Assembly: GCA_036166035.1 (NCBI GenBank)
Contig: JAYZHZ010000118.1
Location: 1-32,524 of the forward strand
Length of the DNA: 32,524 nucleotides
Source: Bacteroidota bacterium
Lineage (GTDB): Bacteria; Bacteroidota; Bacteroidia; Cytophagales; MED-G16
Direction of reading: 5' to 3'
Under the pieces are notes generated by a model, which worked only from the letters and a program-made list of their open reading frames with translations, was not told the origin of the DNA and made no database searches. The translations under genes and the position numbers were made by a program. This document shows, piece after piece, positions 27,909-32,524 of the stretch (position 1 is its first letter; each line of letters opens with the position of its first letter).

Positions 27909-28936
27909 TTAATCTTTTTATTGATAGAAGTCTCCCAGTTCCAAGCCGAGCGCATCATATCATCCAAACTTTTTTTTGAAGACCAATTTAATGCCTTTTT
28001 TGATAGTTTATTATCTGAAAATATTTTTTCTATATCACCCTCTCTTCTTTCTGAAAAAACATAATTTAATTTTATATTATTAACCTTTTCAAATGAGCTA
28101 ATCACATCCATAACAGAATATCCTTTACCAGTTCCAACATTATAATATTCATAAGGATTTTCATTTTTCAAATATAAAATCCTTTCTAGGGCAGCTATAT
28201 GTGCTTTACTAAGATCCTCAATGTGGATATAGTCTCTTACTGCTGTTCCATCATGGGTATGATAGTCATCACCAAACACAACTAATCTATCTCTAATCCC
28301 TGCTGCTGTCTGAGTAATAAAAGGAACCAAATTATCAGGCATACCCTTAGGCAATTCCCCAATCAATGCTGAAGAATGAGCACCAACTGGATTGAAATAT
28401 CTAAGTGAAATAGCAGAAATATTATTGTTTGAATTTGTAAATTTTTCTAAAATTTTTTCTGAGATCTGTTTAGTTTCAGCATATGGTGATTCTGCTTTCT
28501 TAAAAGGAGCTGACTCATCAACAGGCAGCTTATTAGGTTGTCCATATACTACACATGATGATGAGAAGACGATGTTTCTAACACTATGAGTTTTCATTGA
28601 CTCCAATATATTCTCTAAAGATTTAATGTTATTATTATGATATTCCAATGGCTTCTTTACAGATTCACTCACAGATTTGAGTGCTGCAAAGTGAATAACA
28701 GCGTCAAAATTGTTTTCTTTAAAACAATTTTGAGTTTATTTTCTTTCTGTCAGATCAAACTCATAAAATTTTGGTCTTGTGCCCGTTATTTTTTCAATTC
28801 GATCTAAAATAAACCTCTCTGAATTGGAAAGGTTATCTACTATTATTACTTGAAATCCCTTATTAATCAGTTCCACTGTTGTATGAGAACCTATATAACC
28901 AAGTCCTCCTGTAACTAAAATCTTATTTTTTTTCAT
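27905..28936 (-). pseudogene. galE: UDP-glucose 4-epimerase interrupted by one in-frame TAA at 28736-28738 (nonsense allele or sequencing error)
   Basis: Track ORFs 28736..28936 and 27905..28672 are in the same frame. Read-through gives [15 protein letters not shown]...FDLTERK*TQNCFKENNFDAVIHFAALKSVSESVKKPLEY...FSSSCVVYG...SPYAETK...LRYFNPVGAH...RDYIHIEDL, a full-length 343-codon GalE with the GxxGxxG and YxxxK motifs intact. Confidence 0.9.
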
Positions 28937-30051
28937 ATTTCAGAACATGTTATTCCATCACTAATTTCTGTAACTATGGGTGATAAATGTATCGAAAATT
29001 TATTGTAATACTCTTTCGATACTAAATCAATATAAGAATCAATAAAATCGGAGTGAATTAAGTTAATAGTGCACCCTCCAAATCCTCCACCCATCATTCT
29101 AGATCCCAACACATGTTCATAATTTTTTGATATATCAACCATAAAATCAAGGTGTTGACAACTTACTTCATACAATTCCTTTAATCCATAATGTGACTCA
29201 TACATCAACATCCCAAATTCTTTAAATTTTGATTCTTTAATTTTTTTCACAGAGTTGACTACCCTTTCATGCTCTTGAATAACAAATTGTGCACGATTAA
29301 ATACTATCTCATCCATAGTTCCTTTAAATTCGTTTAAAATTTTTAAAGAAACATCACACAAATAATTTACCTTTTTATATCTTGATTTGATTTCGTTCAA
29401 TGCAGATCTACACTCACCAACTCTCATATTATATAAACTATCTGACAGCTTATGTTCTATGTTAGTATTCAAAAGAAGAAATTTATATCTTCCGAAATCT
29501 GAATCAATAAAATCAAAACTTCTATTCTTACAATCAATCAATAAAACCTTATTTTTCTTCCCATTAAGAATAGTGGACTGATCCATTATTCCTCCAGTTA
29601 ATCCAATAAAATTATGTTCTACTTCTCTTGCTATATCAATTATATCATTATTTGTTAAATTGAGATTATTAAGTTTATCTAAACCCTTTATAAATCCACA
29701 TATAAGTGATGAAGATGAACTTATTCCAGCTCCTATTGGCAAGTCACCATCAATTAAACACTTGAACCCATTTATTAACAATTTTCTTTTTTTTATGAGG
29801 TTTTTAAGAACACCTATGATATAATTTTCCCAATGAGTCTCACTCTTTTCTAAAGAGTTTATGTTAATTATAAAAGATTTGTCAATTGTTTTAGATTGTA
29901 TATAACATTTAACCCCTTGAATAGATTCTAGCTGAAAAATGATTTTATTTTTTATGGCTGCAGGAAGCACTTTACCTCCGTTATAATCAATGTGTTCCCC
30001 TATAAGATTTATCCTTCCAGGTGATTCAACTAAAACTTTTTTTTGGATCAT
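28933..30051 (-). CDS. galK: Galactokinase (GHMP kinase)
   Basis: [13 protein letters not shown] galactose-binding signature, [13 protein letters not shown] motif, GIMDQ, YEVSC and [16 protein letters not shown] overlap with galE. Confidence 0.94.
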   Translation of the reverse strand: MIQKKVLVESPGRINLIGEHIDYNGGKVLPAAIKNKIIFQLESIQGVKCYIQSKTIDKSFIININSLEKSETHWENYIIGVLKNLIKKRKLLINGFKCLIDGDLPIGAGISSSSSLICGFIKGLDKLNNLNLTNNDIIDIAREVEHNFIGLTGGIMDQSTILNGKKNKVLLIDCKNRSFDFIDSDFGRYKFLLLNTNIEHKLSDSLYNMRVGECRSALNEIKSRYKKVNYLCDVSLKILNEFKGTMDEIVFNRAQFVIQEHERVVNSVKKIKESKFKEFGMLMYESHYGLKELYEVSCQHLDFMVDISKNYEHVLGSRMMGGGFGGCTINLIHSDFIDSYIDLVSKEYYNKFSIHLSPIVTEISDGITCSEI

Positions 30052-30081
30052 AAATCAAAGTATTAAAAAAAATGTTCAGAC

Positions 30082-30115
30082 AAAAAAAAAGACAGAAATA
30101 AATTCTGTCTTTTTT
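30082..30115 (-). terminator. Rho-independent terminator (potentially bidirectional) after the SnoaL-like pair
   Basis: AAAAAAAAAGACAGAA-ATAAA-TTCTGTCTTTTTT is a perfect inverted repeat with A/T tracts on both sides, 21 nt after the stop at 30137. Confidence 0.8.
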
Positions 30116-30136
30116 AGGACTTATTAGTATTATTTA

Positions 30137-30646
30137 TTATTCCATTTGACTTTCTATCTGATCAAATACCCCTCCTAAATCAAACCACTCTAAATCCGTT
30201 ACAATTTTTCCATCATCATTAAACTCTAACACACAATAGTATTTAGTAACTGTCTGTGCACCGGAGTTATGAGTTCCATTCCATGTGCCATATACCCTAA
30301 CTGATCCGTTAGGAACATAGTTATCATCAACACCAGGATAATATTGCCTTTCATCAAAACTAAAAACTTCAAATTCTGTCATCCAACCTGTCATGCCCTC
30401 TTTAAAAGCAGCTTTTGAAAGTGAATCAGAAGTGTTTGCAGGTGACCATATTAAGTCATCAGAATACATATTTAACATTCCATCTAAATCTTTAGCAATA
30501 AATAAGTCAAAAACTTTATCTGCAATATCTTTGTTTTTATTAAACTTTTCCATTCCAGAATCTAAAGCACTTGTATCAGCTTGAGGTGGTGTAGTACAGC
30601 TTACAACTGCAAACCACATAAATAGTACAATTATTACATTTCTCAT
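30137..30646 (-). CDS. SnoaL/NTF2-like fold lipoprotein
   Basis: Lipobox VVSC. NTF2-like pattern NKDIADKVFDLFIAKDLDGMLNMYSDDLIWSP...VRVYGTWNGTH..SG...LEFNDDGKIV...WFD. Confidence 0.75.
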   Translation of the reverse strand: MRNVIIVLFMWFAVVSCTTPPQADTSALDSGMEKFNKNKDIADKVFDLFIAKDLDGMLNMYSDDLIWSPANTSDSLSKAAFKEGMTGWMTEFEVFSFDERQYYPGVDDNYVPNGSVRVYGTWNGTHNSGAQTVTKYYCVLEFNDDGKIVTDLEWFDLGGVFDQIESQME

Positions 30647-30671
30647 TATATTAAATTTATTTTGTTATTAA

Positions 30672-31229
30672 TTATTCAGCATCAATCTGAACTTGCATCC
30701 CATTTACATCGAACCAATCGGTAAATCTACCTATTTTTCCATCGGCATTAAAAAACATAAGCCCATACCATTTATTGTAAATGACTTTTCCTGTTTCAGA
30801 ATGAACTGCTCTCCATGTTCCATAAATTCTTACGTTATTAGGAAGATCAGTTGCTGTCTCAGATGGGTAAACAGAACCACCCCAATAAGCTGGTTGTTTT
30901 TCTCCGCCCATGCCTAGATCTATTCCTTCGTCAAAAGTTATATCATCATAAGTATCATGATAATACTTTAAAGCTTCTCTCATTGCTTCCATATTCACCC
31001 ATACATCTCCATTGTATTGTGGCGGACTCCATAGTGCGGTATCAGAAAACAATGCCATTTGAGCTTCTAAATCTTCATCAGCAAACCCTTGAATAAATGC
31101 TCTTATTGAAGCTACGTTTCTATCAAAAGTTGCTATATTTTCACTGTTGTCGTTTACTGATTCTTGATTAGTTGTCTCACAACCATAAAATAAACCAGTA
31201 ATCAAAAATAAAATCGCTATTTTTTTCAT
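30672..31229 (-). CDS. SnoaL/NTF2-like fold lipoprotein (paralog of 30137-30646)
   Basis: Lipobox FYGC. Pattern NVASIRAFIQGFADEDLEAQMALFSDTALWSP...VRIYGTWRAVHSETG...FFNADGKIGRFTDWFD. Confidence 0.75.
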   Translation of the reverse strand: MKKIAILFLITGLFYGCETTNQESVNDNSENIATFDRNVASIRAFIQGFADEDLEAQMALFSDTALWSPPQYNGDVWVNMEAMREALKYYHDTYDDITFDEGIDLGMGGEKQPAYWGGSVYPSETATDLPNNVRIYGTWRAVHSETGKVIYNKWYGLMFFNADGKIGRFTDWFDVNGMQVQIDAE

Positions 31230-31261
31230 AAATAATTTTGTTAATACATTAAACTAGATAT

Positions 31262-31269
31262 CAAATTTA
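31262..31269 (-). promoter_or_regulatory. Putative -7 promoter element (TAAATTTG) for the SnoaL-like pair
   Basis: Exact TAnnTTTG match 32 nt upstream of the ATG at 31229, within the divergent intergenic region. Confidence 0.45.
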
Positions 31270-31366
31270 GCTTAAAAAAAACTTAAGTATAAAAGATGAT
31301 ATGAATAAATCTATTAAAAATGTTTTATTGACTCATTTAATGATTTAAATTCGAAAAAAATACTAT

Positions 31367-32524
31367 ATGATAAGATTTATATTATCAACAATTTTTTTAT
31401 TATCATCTTTATTTGATGCCACAGGACAAAAGAATTATATAATTCCAGAACCACAAAATATAACTTTTCCAGAAAGTAAGCAGAATGGTTTCAGATTATC
31501 CAAAAAAACTTCTATCGAAGTTCAGGGTATTGATATTTCTAAATCATATGTTAGTGATTTTATATCTTTTGTGAATTTTGAAACTGGTTTTGATTTAAAA
31601 TCAAAGGTTAACAAGAAGTCAAACATACAACTGAGAGTAGCTGATGGCATAAACGAACTTGGAAATGAAGGCTATAAAATATCAATTCTTCCTAAAGAAA
31701 GTCTAAAAATTGAGGCTAATACAGAAATTGGTTTATTTTATGGGATTCAGACATTAAAACAAATAATTCACTTTACAAAAAGGAAAAGAGATGAAGAAGA
31801 TTTTACTGATTTTGATGTAGAAGTTAAGGTTCAAAACTTTATAAATAATTCCTCCCAACAAAATTATAATGCTGCCAACTTAACTACTGCAGGATATAAA
31901 AACGTTAATGAGACTGCTCATTTTTATGGCAGAGAAGAGGTTGAAACTAAGCCCTTAGATGTTTATAATTTTCCACCTATGATAGTAGAAGATTTTCCTA
32001 GATTTTCTTACAGGGGAATGATGCTTGATGTAGGAAGACATTTTATGCCTAAAGAGTTTGTAAAAAAATTCATCGATATAATAGCTATGCATAAGATGAA
32101 TAAATTTCACTGGCACCTCACAGAAGATCAAGGTTGGAGAATAGAAGTTAAAAAATATCCTAAATTGACTAAAATTGGATCATCAAGGCCTGAAACTTTA
32201 GTTGTGCATGCTAGATTTGCAGGAGACAATCCTAAATTTGATGGTCAACCCCACTCTGGATATTATACTCAAGAAGAAATCAAAGAAATTGTTAATTATG
32301 CTAAAAAAAGATTCGTTGAAATAATTCCAGAGATTGATATGCCTGGCCACACATCTGCACTTATAGCTGCATATCCTGAATTTGGTTCCTCAGACAAAAA
32401 TGTAGGCTTTAAAAAAATCTGGGGAGTTCAAAAAGACATATTAAAACCCACAGAACAGACTTTTAAATTCATTAATGATTTATTTGGAGAATTAACTAAG
32501 CTTTTCCCTTCTAAATTTTTTCAT
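31367..32524 (+). CDS. GH20 beta-N-acetylhexosaminidase with N-terminal GH20b domain (3' end outside window)
   Basis: Not in the ORF track; translated by hand. MIRFILSTIFLLSSLFDATGQKNYIIPEP...LGNEGYKISI...GLFYGIQTLKQI...EDFPRFSYRGMMLDVGRHFMPKEFVKKFIDIIAMHKMNKFHWHLTEDQGWRIEVKKYPKLT...GYYTQEEIKEIVNYAKKRFVEIIPEIDMPGH...FPSKFFH. The window ends just before the expected catalytic HxGGDE. Confidence 0.94.
   Translation, partial: MIRFILSTIFLLSSLFDATGQKNYIIPEPQNITFPESKQNGFRLSKKTSIEVQGIDISKSYVSDFISFVNFETGFDLKSKVNKKSNIQLRVADGINELGNEGYKISILPKESLKIEANTEIGLFYGIQTLKQIIHFTKRKRDEEDFTDFDVEVKVQNFINNSSQQNYNAANLTTAGYKNVNETAHFYGREEVETKPLDVYNFPPMIVEDFPRFSYRGMMLDVGRHFMPKEFVKKFIDIIAMHKMNKFHWHLTEDQGWRIEVKKYPKLTKIGSSRPETLVVHARFAGDNPKFDGQPHSGYYTQEEIKEIVNYAKKRFVEIIPEIDMPGHTSALIAAYPEFGSSDKNVGFKKIWGVQKDILKPTEQTFKFINDLFGELTKLFPSKFFH

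Noticed and set aside
28672-28740. Programmed frameshift or stop-codon reassignment in galE
   Set aside because: The two fragments are in the same frame, so there is no frameshift. TAA terminates many other genes in the window, so it is not reassigned.
4128-28933. A/T homopolymer runs in coding 5' regions (4128-4142, 14356-14364, 28926-28933) as phase-variation tracts
   Set aside because: Runs of 7-9 nt are common throughout this AT-rich DNA and all these frames are intact.
254-31096. Short ORFs of 60-95 aa in the track (254, 3264, 4800, 5347, 8691, 10810, 13851, 17219, 18351, 25660, 28392, 29387, 30393, 30693, 30851)
   Set aside because: All lie antisense to, or out of frame within, well-supported long genes. 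They show no recognisable motifs and have shadow-ORF composition.
2821-31229. Secondary-metabolite (enediyne or halogenated product) biosynthetic cluster suggested by UnbV + haloperoxidase + SnoaL-like genes
   Set aside because: There is no PKS, NRPS, prenyltransferase or precursor peptide in the window, and these proteins are all exported lipoproteins beside importers. Uptake or surface chemistry fits better than biosynthesis.
31233-31240. Plus-strand TAATTTTG as a face-to-face promoter for the GH20 gene
   Set aside because: It overlaps the A-rich translation-initiation region of the opposite-strand gene and is 126 nt from the GH20 start. A nearer variant (TAAATTCG, 31346-31353) exists, and I cannot distinguish either from chance.

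Overview
Very AT-rich, tightly packed Bacteroidota DNA, probably from a streamlined aquatic or marine lineage (inferred from the gene families, TAnnTTTG promoter motifs and overlapping genes). Almost the whole window is one minus-strand run. In transcription order it reads: two paralogous SnoaL/NTF2-like lipoproteins, terminator, galK, galE (interrupted by one in-frame TAA, not a frameshift), FG-GAP/VCBS + ASPIC/UnbV lipoprotein, SusC-SusD, terminator, SusC-SusD, terminator, FG-GAP/UnbV lipoprotein, 189-aa unknown lipoprotein, two more FG-GAP/UnbV lipoproteins, vanadium-dependent haloperoxidase lipoprotein, glpK, glpD (truncated at the left edge and missed by the ORF track). A divergent GH20 beta-N-acetylhexosaminidase, also missed by the track, runs off the right edge. 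The most interesting feature is a PUL-like locus with two SusC/D pairs but no recognisable CAZyme or regulator in its core. Four ~1100-aa beta-propeller/UnbV lipoproteins and a haloperoxidase sit where hydrolases normally would, and the core is bracketed by tightly linked galactose (galKE) and glycerol (glpKD) catabolic genes. This suggests, as a hypothesis only, a galactosyl-glycerol/galactolipid uptake system or a halogen-chemistry-assisted uptake system. I saw no RNA genes, CRISPR arrays or mobile elements.
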